From positions 1 through 16,789 of the forward strand of contig CBDUQR010000054.1 of assembly GCA_965369655.1 (NCBI GenBank): a DNA stretch of 16,789 nucleotides, given 5' to 3'. Shown here one piece after another: positions 8,372 to 15,977 of this stretch. The DNA is from an uncultured bacterium. GTDB taxonomy: Bacteria > Zixibacteria > MSB-5A5 > JAABVY01 > JAHJOQ01. A program made the translations under genes and the position numbers. Below the pieces are notes generated by a model. It was not told the origin of the DNA and made no database searches. It was given only the letters and a program-made list of their open reading frames with translations. How positions within the stretch are numbered: the stretch's first letter is position 1; every line of letters starts with the position of its first letter.

Positions 8372-9682
8372 CTAATCTCCAGCCGGAAGGGTTATTGTCG
8401 CAATTGTGCCTTTTCCCGGTTTGGATCGCAGAGCCAGACGTCCCCCGTGCGCCTCGGCGACGTTTTTTGCGACATACAGGCCAAGACCCGATCCCTTCTC
8501 CCGGGTTGTGACGAACGGTTCGAGGACTCTTTCGATGTCCTTCTCTTTTATGCCGTGACCTTCGTCTGCGATCTCAATTCTGATGTTGTCATCACTTTTT
8601 ATCAGGATAATCTCGATTCCGCCGCCATCCGGCTGAGCATCCCTGGCGTTAAGCATCAGATTGAGTACCGCCTGTCTGATCGCGAAACGGTCGGCCTGTG
8701 TCGAGAACGATCCGTTAGCCGGTTCGCATCTCATCCGGACGGTTACTCTCGCATCTCTAAAATCTGCTCTGGTTTGATTCACAAGCGTTTCGATCGTTTC
8801 GCGCAGGTCGACACGTTCGCGCTTTTCGCTCACAGGATGAACGAAATCGAGATAGCCTGAGACCACGCTGTTTAACCGCGTGACCTCGTCTGAGATGAAA
8901 TCAAAGATCGGATCCTGCGAATCCGCGGCATATTTCTTCTTAATCCTTTCGGCGCTGTTCTTGATGATGCCGAGCGGGTTTCGTATCTCGTGAGCGATTG
9001 TGGCGGCCATCTCGCCCATAGATGAGATGGCGGATGCGCGAAGAAGCGCCTGCTGTGTCATCAGAAGCTTCCTGTTGATCACGAGAAATGCAAACACGAA
9101 CAGCACCACGAGCCCTGCGCTGACCGCGTTCGCGGCTATGATATTCCTTCGAAAGTCATCGATTGTGGAGAAAAACTCGTATCCCGCCTCGGCTCCGATG
9201 ACCGCAATTACACTATCGGATATATCGGTCACAGGCGCGTACGCCGACAGAAGATAGAGGCTGTCTGAGCGATATATCTGCGTCACGGCGGGAATCCCTG
9301 CGCTCGCCGAGACGAACTCCGAGAGGTGGAGAATTTCGTCTGTCTGAATCGAATCAGACTCGTCATAAAAGTCCAATCCATCCGGGTCATATATGTTAAG
9401 ACTCATCAGCGCGTTGACGTCCCGGACTTCGTCGAGAAGCAGAAGGATGCCGACATATTGATCGAGAGCCATCGATTCGCCCGCAAACAGACCATCTGTC
9501 AATGATCCGGCGCGCCTCGCGGTCGACTCCGCAATCGCCAGAAGTTCCTGCGAAACTCGCTCCTCGGCGAATGACTTCATGCGAACATACAGGTACCACT
9601 GGCTTAGATTGAGGAAGACGAGAAGCAGAAAGCCAAATGCAGCGACTGCGATTGTGATTTTCCTGCCAAGAGCAAGCCTCAT
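8372..9682 (-). CDS. Membrane-bound sensor histidine kinase (two TM segments, periplasmic sensor, HisKA + HATPase_c)
   Basis: H-box AHEIRNPL, N-box NLMLNARDA, G1 DEGHGI, F-box PFVTT, G2 GSGLGL; two hydrophobic segments flank an extracytoplasmic domain of about 145 aa; ends 3 bp before the regulator start. Confidence 0.95.
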   Translation of the reverse strand: MRLALGRKITIAVAAFGFLLLVFLNLSQWYLYVRMKSFAEERVSQELLAIAESTARRAGSLTDGLFAGESMALDQYVGILLLLDEVRDVNALMSLNIYDPDGLDFYDESDSIQTDEILHLSEFVSASAGIPAVTQIYRSDSLYLLSAYAPVTDISDSVIAVIGAEAGYEFFSTIDDFRRNIIAANAVSAGLVVLFVFAFLVINRKLLMTQQALLRASAISSMGEMAATIAHEIRNPLGIIKNSAERIKKKYAADSQDPIFDFISDEVTRLNSVVSGYLDFVHPVSEKRERVDLRETIETLVNQTRADFRDARVTVRMRCEPANGSFSTQADRFAIRQAVLNLMLNARDAQPDGGGIEIILIKSDDNIRIEIADEGHGIKEKDIERVLEPFVTTREKGSGLGLYVAKNVAEAHGGRLALRSKPGKGTIATITLPAGD

Positions 9683-9688
9683 AGCCGA

Positions 9689-9717
9689 AAGATAATGAGA
9701 TTAGGATTACTTGACAA
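9689..9717 (-). promoter_or_regulatory. Putative sigma-70 promoter for the kinase-regulator operon, probably leaderless
   Basis: Minus strand TTGTCA-N17-TATCTT-N6-ATG(9682); no SD in front of the ATG. Confidence 0.5.
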
Positions 9718-9724
9718 CAACAAC

Positions 9725-9742
9725 TGTACGTAAATGTACACT
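9725..9742. promoter_or_regulatory. Putative enhancer (UAS) for the sigma-54 activator, TGTAC-N6-GTACA
   Basis: TGTACGTAAATGTACACT, 16/18 identical to 7027-7044; centre is about 136 bp from the -24 element at 9869. A weaker copy, cGTGC-N6-GTACA, lies at 9768-9783. Confidence 0.7.
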
Positions 9743-9868
9743 TGAGCGCATTCAGGCGATCTGTGATCGTGCAGTCAGGTACAAATCATCGTTTTGACTT
9801 CTCCTGCTGCCAGTAGCGATTTCTGTAATCGATTGACACATATACGATTCTCGATGTAATGCTCGGTT

Positions 9869-9884
9869 TGGCACGGTAGTCGCA
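9869..9884 (+). promoter_or_regulatory. Sigma-54 (-24/-12) promoter for the lipoprotein gene
   Basis: TGGCACG-GTAG-TCGCA, with GG-N10-GC conserved and one mismatch to consensus, 52 bp upstream of ATG 9937. Confidence 0.8.
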
Positions 9885-9936
9885 GTACGCTTCGGCAGAA
9901 GAGACGAACAATGCCAGATATTAACAGGAGGTCAAG

Positions 9937-11082
9937 ATGAAAAGGTTTTTCTTTCTCGTAGTTCTTTCAGCAATGGTTGGTGCGCTCCTTGTTGCGGGTT
10001 GCACGAAGGAATCGGGACCGGTCACATCGGACGAAGCGGGCCTGAACTTCGAGGATGATTTCGGCGGCTATGATGCCTCGAATGAGGCTCCCGGATTTGG
10101 AGACGAGATAATTCTCAGCGAGATGTCTGAGGATGCTGAGGTTGCAGTCGATGACCCGGAATTCGCAAGTCAGTTTGCCACACTCGACACCCTTCCGATT
10201 GTCCGCGTCTATGCGATGAAAATCCTGTGGGGAATGCTCGAGTTCGATTCGACAGTGACAGAGGTGACAGACTGGTCGGGATCGCTCTCGATCGAACACG
10301 GCGCCATCAGGATTGCGAGCCTGATCAGATTCGAGAGACCGGGCGATCACATAGTCAGGCCGCGCACAGATTGCAGCAAGCTCGAGTGGGTATCATACAC
10401 AACTCTGCACTTCGACGGAATACTCGTGTGGCTGTATGATCTGTCGGACAGTATGGGCCTGACTGCGAACAGTGTCACATTCGAGACCGGACCATACAGC
10501 AGAACATTTGATATTTCCGAACTCGATTCGCTCTCCGAAATCATCGAAGTCATCGAAGTCGACGAACTCGGAAACAAGGTTTCATTCGAAGCGCGCTATC
10601 TGCCGACGCCTGACTGCGAATATGGCTTCCTTGATGGAAGATGGGTCATCAAAGATGACGATCGTGGAGTGTTCTTCGGGCGCTGGGTGAACTGGAGCGG
10701 TATGGCGATGGGACATCTCCGTGGCCACTGGGGAATCGATAACGCCGGTGAAAAAGTCTTCTTCGGAAAATGGATTGGTTGCGGCGGAGAATTCAGAGGC
10801 CTGCTGAGAGGTACCTGGGATTATGGAGTGGAAGCCTGTGTCGATTGCCCGCCCGCAGGAACATTCCGCGGTGTATGGGCCGACAGGAACAGAGTGGTGA
10901 AAGGCGGTCTCGGTGGACGATGGGCATCATGTCTCGGGTCACGCGATAATGACACCGGCAACACCGATAACGGCGGCAATGGCAATATGGGTGGCATGAA
11001 CAACGAGATCGGCGGCATCCCGGATCGTCACTGCGGATTCTTCCATGGCCGATGGAACAAGTTCTGCCCGGAAGTGGATTAG
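9937..11082 (+). CDS. Lipoprotein with acidic N-terminal region and C-terminal Gly/Trp beta-repeat domain (hypothetical)
   Basis: AGGAGG SD; MKR + hydrophobic core + lipobox LVAG-C; eight G-x-[FL]-x-G-x-W repeats; eight additional Cys. Confidence 0.85.
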   Translation: MKRFFFLVVLSAMVGALLVAGCTKESGPVTSDEAGLNFEDDFGGYDASNEAPGFGDEIILSEMSEDAEVAVDDPEFASQFATLDTLPIVRVYAMKILWGMLEFDSTVTEVTDWSGSLSIEHGAIRIASLIRFERPGDHIVRPRTDCSKLEWVSYTTLHFDGILVWLYDLSDSMGLTANSVTFETGPYSRTFDISELDSLSEIIEVIEVDELGNKVSFEARYLPTPDCEYGFLDGRWVIKDDDRGVFFGRWVNWSGMAMGHLRGHWGIDNAGEKVFFGKWIGCGGEFRGLLRGTWDYGVEACVDCPPAGTFRGVWADRNRVVKGGLGGRWASCLGSRDNDTGNTDNGGNGNMGGMNNEIGGIPDRHCGFFHGRWNKFCPEVD

Positions 11083-11115
11083 CACTCTCCCTTGCATTCC
11101 TTTCTATATAGATCA

Positions 11116-11141
11116 ACAGCCCGTCTGCTAAGGCGGGCTGT
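11116..11141 (+). terminator. Hairpin after the lipoprotein gene (possible terminator or stabiliser)
   Basis: ACAGCCCGTCT-GCTA-AGGCGGGCTGT, an 11-bp stem with one G-U pair; weak U tract. Confidence 0.5.
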
Positions 11142-11211
11142 CCGCGTTAATGCTTACTGCGCGGTTGAATTTATCGCCGTGTGGATTGTATTTTGTTTGG
11201 AGGTGAGAAAG

Positions 11212-11418
11212 ATGAGTATGGAAGAATGCCCGAAATGTGGATGCACAGAGATCGACAGCGGTTGGATTCTGAGCGCCGGGAAAATCGCCTATAAATCGGA
11301 CAAGCAGAGATATCCCATGACCGGCGGTAACTGCAGAACATACGCCTGCACCAACTGCGGATACATCGAATCCTACGTTGATGTGAGCTATCTGGACAAG
11401 AGCAATCCCCGCCCATAG
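11212..11418 (+). CDS. Small zinc-ribbon protein (68 aa, CxxC...CxxC)
   Basis: GGAGGTG SD before ATG 11212; MSMEECPKCG...YACTNCGYIESY, two CxxC knuckles typical of small Zn-ribbon proteins. Confidence 0.8.
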   Translation: MSMEECPKCGCTEIDSGWILSAGKIAYKSDKQRYPMTGGNCRTYACTNCGYIESYVDVSYLDKSNPRP

Positions 11419-11489
11419 TGGACTTCCGCGATCTGTCCGGTGGCCCACCCCTTGGGACTTGTTGAAAAACCTATTTGGGCGTGGGGCTG

Positions 11490-11617
11490 TGTTGTCGTCA
11501 TCACGAGGAGCGACAGCGACGTGGTGATCTCAGTTCATGCAATGTGGGCGGCAGACCTCCCGGCAAGTCCTGAGCTTCGAAGGGCAAGCCCTGAGCCTCG
11601 AAGTATCTGCCGCGCAC
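11490..11617. repeat. Composite REP-like palindromic repeat cluster (copy 2, inverted relative to copy 1)
   Basis: Exact reverse-complement matches to copy 1: 11497-11514 = 4395-4412 (18 bp), 11526-11535 = 4380-4389, 11543-11556 = 4354-4367 (14 bp), 11566-11583 = 4124-4141 (18 bp). Internal inverted repeat GTGGGCGGCAGA...TCTGCCGCGCAC. Confidence 0.8.
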
Positions 11618-11665
11618 GGAAGATCAAGGAAGAGAGATTATCGGGGAATTCGCATCGATGATCAG

Positions 11666-11702
11666 AAAGAAAAAAGAGACCGGTTTTATACCGGTCTCTT
11701 TC
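11666..11702 (-). terminator. Intrinsic terminator of the RRM gene, probably bidirectional
   Basis: AAAGAGACCGGT-TTTAT-ACCGGTCTCTTT perfect stem with an A-tract on the left (U-tract on the minus strand) and TTT on the right; lies between convergent genes. Confidence 0.85.
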
Positions 11703-11748
11703 AAATACGGTGAACTGCTGTCTTTACCAGCAGGAGAACCGTCGTTTG

Positions 11749-12042
11749 TTACCAGGATCGGTTACGATAGCCGCCTCGACCGCCGCCGCCACCTCTATCC
11801 TCGCGCTGGCGGGCTTCGTTGACCTTCAACGTGCGTCCATCGAGCTCCTGGTCATTCAGACCGGCGATGGCTGCAGTAGCCTCGCTCTGATCGGACATCT
11901 CGACAAAGGCAAAGCCTCTTGGTCTCCCAGTGTCTCTGTCCGTAATCATGTTTACTTCTGTGACTTCGCCATAACTCTCAAATGCCTGGCGTAACTTCTC
12001 TTCCGTCGCGTCAAACGACAGATTGCCAATGTAGATTTTCAT
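11749..12042 (-). CDS. Single-RRM RNA-binding protein with Gly/Arg-rich tail (bacterial Rbp/RNP-1 family)
   Basis: RNP2 IYIGNL, RNP1 RGFAFVEM, LDGRTLKVNEA, C-terminal RGGGGGRGGY; GGAG SD. Confidence 0.95.
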   Translation of the reverse strand: MKIYIGNLSFDATEEKLRQAFESYGEVTEVNMITDRDTGRPRGFAFVEMSDQSEATAAIAGLNDQELDGRTLKVNEARQREDRGGGGGRGGYRNRSW

Positions 12043-12200
12043 TCTACACTCCGTGGTTGCTTATCCCGAAGTGAACTGCGTTCCGATGAAGTCAGATACT
12101 TCAAGATAAATGACATGTTGCGCATGATTGCGCGATCAATTCGAGATTACGCTTCAGCGGAGAGTTGTAGATTAGGACAAGACTACGATAAAACTCGAAC
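12043..12200 (-). promoter_or_regulatory. Structured 5' leader of the RRM gene with possible anti-SD pairing
   Basis: In the mRNA, UCUACA(ACU)CUCCG (12171-12158) can pair with CGGAGUGUAGA (12053-12043) over the SD. Internal 12-bp stem 12061-12072/12098-12109 and GCGCA-AUCA-UGCGC hairpin. Confidence 0.45.
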
Positions 12201-12310
12201 TCAAATCAATACTAAGTATTGACTATATCGGATGTTTCAACAAAAACCTACAATTATTTTTGCAAAATGCAATTTATTTTTCGTCAGGTGGTCCACCCCC
12301 TGGGCTCCAG

Positions 12311-13093
12311 CTATGGAGCTGACCACAGCACTTTTCCTTCTTTATCAAACAGCACCAATGATGAAGCTGACCTTGACGTAACGTTGCCTGTACTAATCGT
12401 CTCCAGCGAAGTACAGCCCATAGTTGCTCTAATCACTTCGTTTGTATCGACAATGTCAACTGAAGGGAACTCTTCATTGCGTAATACGGATGCCAATCTC
12501 ACGGCTCCGTTAGTATCGGCAATAAACATACCTCTCTTTTTGCCAAATAAACCAAGCCCTAAAACTATCTTATCGCCATAAGAGAAACAAGCCTGGCTGG
12601 AATGTATCCCTAAGCTGTATTCGGATGCATTTCCATCATTCATTTTCAGATGTGCCCCAATTTCGTCTACAATCACTTCAAATTGCGGATTAGAGGACTT
12701 TCCGATGCTTAGGCCGAGGCCCTCTTCACTTGCAGCCATGAAGACGGATGCACTGTCTGATCTTTCGAGCTGGATATACGGTCCATGCACTGGAACCAAT
12801 CCAAGCATAAGAGGTGTGAGGTCCTTTTCTGTATCGATAAATTCCAGACTGGGGAGGCCATTATACTCCCCAAGGATTGCCACAGTCTTACCTTGTTCAT
12901 CGACTACTTTCAGTTCACGTACAGAGATAACGTCTTCAATCTGGCCATTAGTCGCTTGGACTGGATGCCCCGACAACATACCTCCAATAAAACCAGCAGC
13001 CATCGCAAGAAACAAGAAAGTCAATCTTCCAAGAACAGGTCCGCATATTGTCTCTCGAATACTTGTCAACTTTCGCCACATTTCTTTCCGCAT
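12311..13093 (-). CDS. Hypothetical membrane-anchored or exported beta-rich protein
   Basis: GAGG SD; N-terminal hydrophobic segment LTFLFLAMAAGFIGGML; recurring hydrophobic-D-x-x-G-K/R beta-hairpin motifs (VVDEQGK, IADTNGA, LFDKEGK); AT-richer than the flanks. Confidence 0.7.
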   Translation of the reverse strand: MRKEMWRKLTSIRETICGPVLGRLTFLFLAMAAGFIGGMLSGHPVQATNGQIEDVISVRELKVVDEQGKTVAILGEYNGLPSLEFIDTEKDLTPLMLGLVPVHGPYIQLERSDSASVFMAASEEGLGLSIGKSSNPQFEVIVDEIGAHLKMNDGNASEYSLGIHSSQACFSYGDKIVLGLGLFGKKRGMFIADTNGAVRLASVLRNEEFPSVDIVDTNEVIRATMGCTSLETISTGNVTSRSASSLVLFDKEGKVLWSAP

Positions 13094-13202
13094 AGCCTAT
13101 CCTCTCTCCTTCTGCAGTGTTAATTCAATCACGGTTACTATATGTAGAAACCGTAGCTGTCCACTCGGTTCCAGTGTACCACCAACCAACGAACAGATTA
13201 CT

Positions 13203-14363
13203 CTATTCTGATAAACTGTCATCGTCTTTGCTCTCCCGATCATGTTTCTTAATGGATTCAATGAAAGGTTTCATGAAACTGATCACTTCTTCGTCAGATT
13301 TTGATGTCTTGGTTGGCGAAGTATCATTTGTAATTGTCTTGCGATACTTGAGCCACAGCTTGATGGTATTAGATTTTGGAAGAGCGGCAATAATGGTCTC
13401 TCTATTCATTCTGCATCCGCTAACAGTTCCATTAGGAATACCGCGCAGAATCTCAAGAATACTACTTAGGTCATTCTTCAGTTCTTGACTTTTCACGAAC
13501 TTCTGGTCATCGTTGAGAAACACAGGGGCGAACTGTTCATGGAACTTGTCGCCTGAAGAAAACACCATACAAAATGGCAAATAGAAAACATATTCCACAT
13601 CAATTAAGTTCGTTCTGCGAGTACCCAAGAGTGATAGCGATACCCCTGTGAGAAATGTCGCGTAAACCCAATAGCAGTAGTAGGCGTAAGGAGCGAACTT
13701 ATGTAAGTTGGGCATTCCGTTGTTGAGCCACCTATTATGAATCTTCGTTTGGAGATCTTGATCAACTGTAACCATCTCTAAGCAGGTCTTGAGGTGCCGT
13801 AAACCCCATGCCGGATCGTCCTTTTGGATCGACTGTGCGAGTAAGGATGCAGAATCTGTCAGATCAGATTTGCCCAGAACGCCAGTCATGTCACGCCTAA
13901 AATTCCGGATGAGTGGTTCCAAGTCGATTTCAGTGATCAGGTTTCGTCGTTCCTTAGCCCACGAAGTGTCTCCTTCAGAGAAATCCTTGCTAATCCACCT
14001 TCTTAATCTACTCGAACCTTGATCTTCATCAGAGTATATGAAAGGTCTGCCATCGGACGTTGTCATAGCTTTTCCGTCAATCCTTATTGGTTGCTGTTTC
14101 ATAGGGATTTCCTGTCCCAGAAGGCACAAGACTAGCATCTCGGCGAACGAGGAATTCGGTCGTGCGTTTGGATGACAGAGTCGCTCAGCTAACTGGGTTA
14201 TACCCGCTTTCCCTTTTCGCCTTTCAGTTTGAACCATATCTGTCTGCAACTCCAGCACTAGAACCGGAGGGATTACAACCGTGAAAAACTCATGCAGTAC
14301 TTTTACTTCATCATCTGATAGGCACTCCAAGACCGACTTATCAATTAGAATCGATGGTTTCAT
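13203..14363 (-). CDS. Hypothetical protein with PIN-like nuclease signature
   Basis: N-terminal ILIDKS (Asp after first strand), PPVLVLEL (Glu), later NLIDVEY and FSSGDK acidic motifs in PIN-like order; GGAG SD; AT-richer than the flanks. Confidence 0.65.
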   Translation of the reverse strand: MKPSILIDKSVLECLSDDEVKVLHEFFTVVIPPVLVLELQTDMVQTERRKGKAGITQLAERLCHPNARPNSSFAEMLVLCLLGQEIPMKQQPIRIDGKAMTTSDGRPFIYSDEDQGSSRLRRWISKDFSEGDTSWAKERRNLITEIDLEPLIRNFRRDMTGVLGKSDLTDSASLLAQSIQKDDPAWGLRHLKTCLEMVTVDQDLQTKIHNRWLNNGMPNLHKFAPYAYYCYWVYATFLTGVSLSLLGTRRTNLIDVEYVFYLPFCMVFSSGDKFHEQFAPVFLNDDQKFVKSQELKNDLSSILEILRGIPNGTVSGCRMNRETIIAALPKSNTIKLWLKYRKTITNDTSPTKTSKSDEEVISFMKPFIESIKKHDRESKDDDSLSE

Positions 14364-14428
14364 TCAATGAACTCCACTTAATCCCCAATATAATTCACGA
14401 CTAACAACATTCGCAAGTCAAGTCATCC

Positions 14429-15964
14429 TCACATCCACAAATTTCTATCCAGACTCCGATACTGTATTGCTTCGGAGATGTGTGCTGGCTGGATCTTCTC
14501 TAAGCCTTCGAGGTCGGCGATTGTGCGGGCAACCTTGATGATGCGATCATACGCTCGTGCCGACAGCCCGAGTTTCGTAATCGCGAGGTGCAAAAGCCCC
14601 CTTGACTCTTCATCGATCGGGCAGAAATTCTGGATGTCGCGCGATTCCATGTGCGCATTGCAGTACATGTTGGTCTCGTCCTTGAATCGCTCCAACTGGA
14701 CCTTCCGGGCGCGATTGATACGTTCCCGTATCGCGTCAGATTGCTCTCCCGACGGTTCGCTCGCGAGGTCCTTGAACTTCACTGCGGGCACTTCGATATG
14801 AATATCGATCCTGTCGAGCAGCGGCCCGGAGATTTTCGACATATACTTTTGAATCTGAATCGGCGTACAATTGCACTCGTGCGAGCCGTCACCGTGATAC
14901 CCGCACGGGCACGGGTTCATCGCACCGGCAAGCATGAACTGCGACGGATATGTCAGCGACATCGCTGCGCGCGAAATCGTAACATTGCCATCCTCCATCG
15001 GCTGACGAAGCATTTCGAGAACATCCTTGCGGAATTCCGGCATCTCATCAAGGAACAGCACACCATGATGCGCCAGCGATACCTCGCCCGGTCTCGGAAC
15101 TCGTCCGCCACCAATCAATCCGGCATCCGAGATCGAGTGGTGCGGTGACCTGAACGGCCTCGTCGCAACCAATGCCGTGTTCGATGGCAACACGCCCGCG
15201 ACCGAATGAATCTTCGTGGTTGCGAGTGCTTCTTCGAGAGTAAGGTTCGGCAAGATGGTAGGGAACCGCTTGGCGAGCATAGTCTTCCCTGACCCGGGTG
15301 GCCCGATCAAGATGATATTGTGCCCGCCCGCCGCGGCTACCTCGAGGGAACGCTTTGCGCCTTCCTGACCCTTGACATCGGAGAAATCGACCTTGTATTC
15401 CTGACACTCGCTGAAGACCTTGTCCATGTCAATCCGGTATGGTTCGATGGAATTCCCATCTTCCAGAAACTTGACTGCCTGCCGCAGGTCTTTGATCGGA
15501 TAGACCTTGAGCCCATGAGCCATCGCAGCTTCCATCGCGTTTTCTTCCGGGACGAGGAATGCCATGTTCTCGGCGTTGGCGGCCTGCATCGCCATCGGGA
15601 GAATTCCGGAGACAGGACGTAGCGATCCATCGAGAGATAACTCGCCCACGACAACGACATTTGACATATCCTCACGCATGATCTGGCCGGTCGCACTCAG
15701 AATGCCTATCGCTATGGGGAAGTCGAATGCCGATCCCTCCTTGCGGACATCAGCCGGCGCGAGGTTGATAGTCACTTTCTTGCTGGGAAAGATGAAATCC
15801 GAATTCTTGATCGCCGACATCACACGTTCTTTCGATTCCTTCACAGCGCCATCAGGTAACCCGACGGTCGTGAACGACGGCAGCATCTGTGTGATGTCAG
15901 CCTCGACCTCGACAGGATAGGCGTCGATGCCGAGCACAGCCGATGATAGTATTCTTGCGAGCAT
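14429..15964 (-). CDS. comM: ComM/YifB Mg-chelatase-like AAA+ ATPase (DNA recombination helicase)
   Basis: [110 protein letters not shown]; full length with GAGG SD. Confidence 0.96.
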   Translation of the reverse strand: MLARILSSAVLGIDAYPVEVEADITQMLPSFTTVGLPDGAVKESKERVMSAIKNSDFIFPSKKVTINLAPADVRKEGSAFDFPIAIGILSATGQIMREDMSNVVVVGELSLDGSLRPVSGILPMAMQAANAENMAFLVPEENAMEAAMAHGLKVYPIKDLRQAVKFLEDGNSIEPYRIDMDKVFSECQEYKVDFSDVKGQEGAKRSLEVAAAGGHNIILIGPPGSGKTMLAKRFPTILPNLTLEEALATTKIHSVAGVLPSNTALVATRPFRSPHHSISDAGLIGGGRVPRPGEVSLAHHGVLFLDEMPEFRKDVLEMLRQPMEDGNVTISRAAMSLTYPSQFMLAGAMNPCPCGYHGDGSHECNCTPIQIQKYMSKISGPLLDRIDIHIEVPAVKFKDLASEPSGEQSDAIRERINRARKVQLERFKDETNMYCNAHMESRDIQNFCPIDEESRGLLHLAITKLGLSARAYDRIIKVARTIADLEGLEKIQPAHISEAIQYRSLDRNLWM

Positions 15965-15977
15965 ATATGCCTCTCTG

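Noticed and set aside
7202-8860. Long antisense ORFs opposite the regulator and kinase (and similar ones opposite the protease and comM)
   Set aside because: These are shadow ORFs expected from GC-rich codon bias opposite well-supported genes.
11092-11211. N-terminal extensions in the ORF track (11092; also 212, 3963, 16761)
   Set aside because: Downstream ATGs have clear SD sequences and family-typical N-termini; the extensions overlap hairpins or intergenic regulatory DNA.
11454-11470. GACTTGTTGAAAAAC resembling an IS/MITE terminus
   Set aside because: No convincing inverted partner or target duplication was found in the window.
11440-11661. 73-aa ORF across repeat copy 2
   Set aside because: It lies entirely over the palindromic cassette and is probably spurious.
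14429-15964. comM disrupted by an integrative element
   Set aside because: The ORF is full length and uninterrupted, and no integrase or att duplication of its 3' end is visible.
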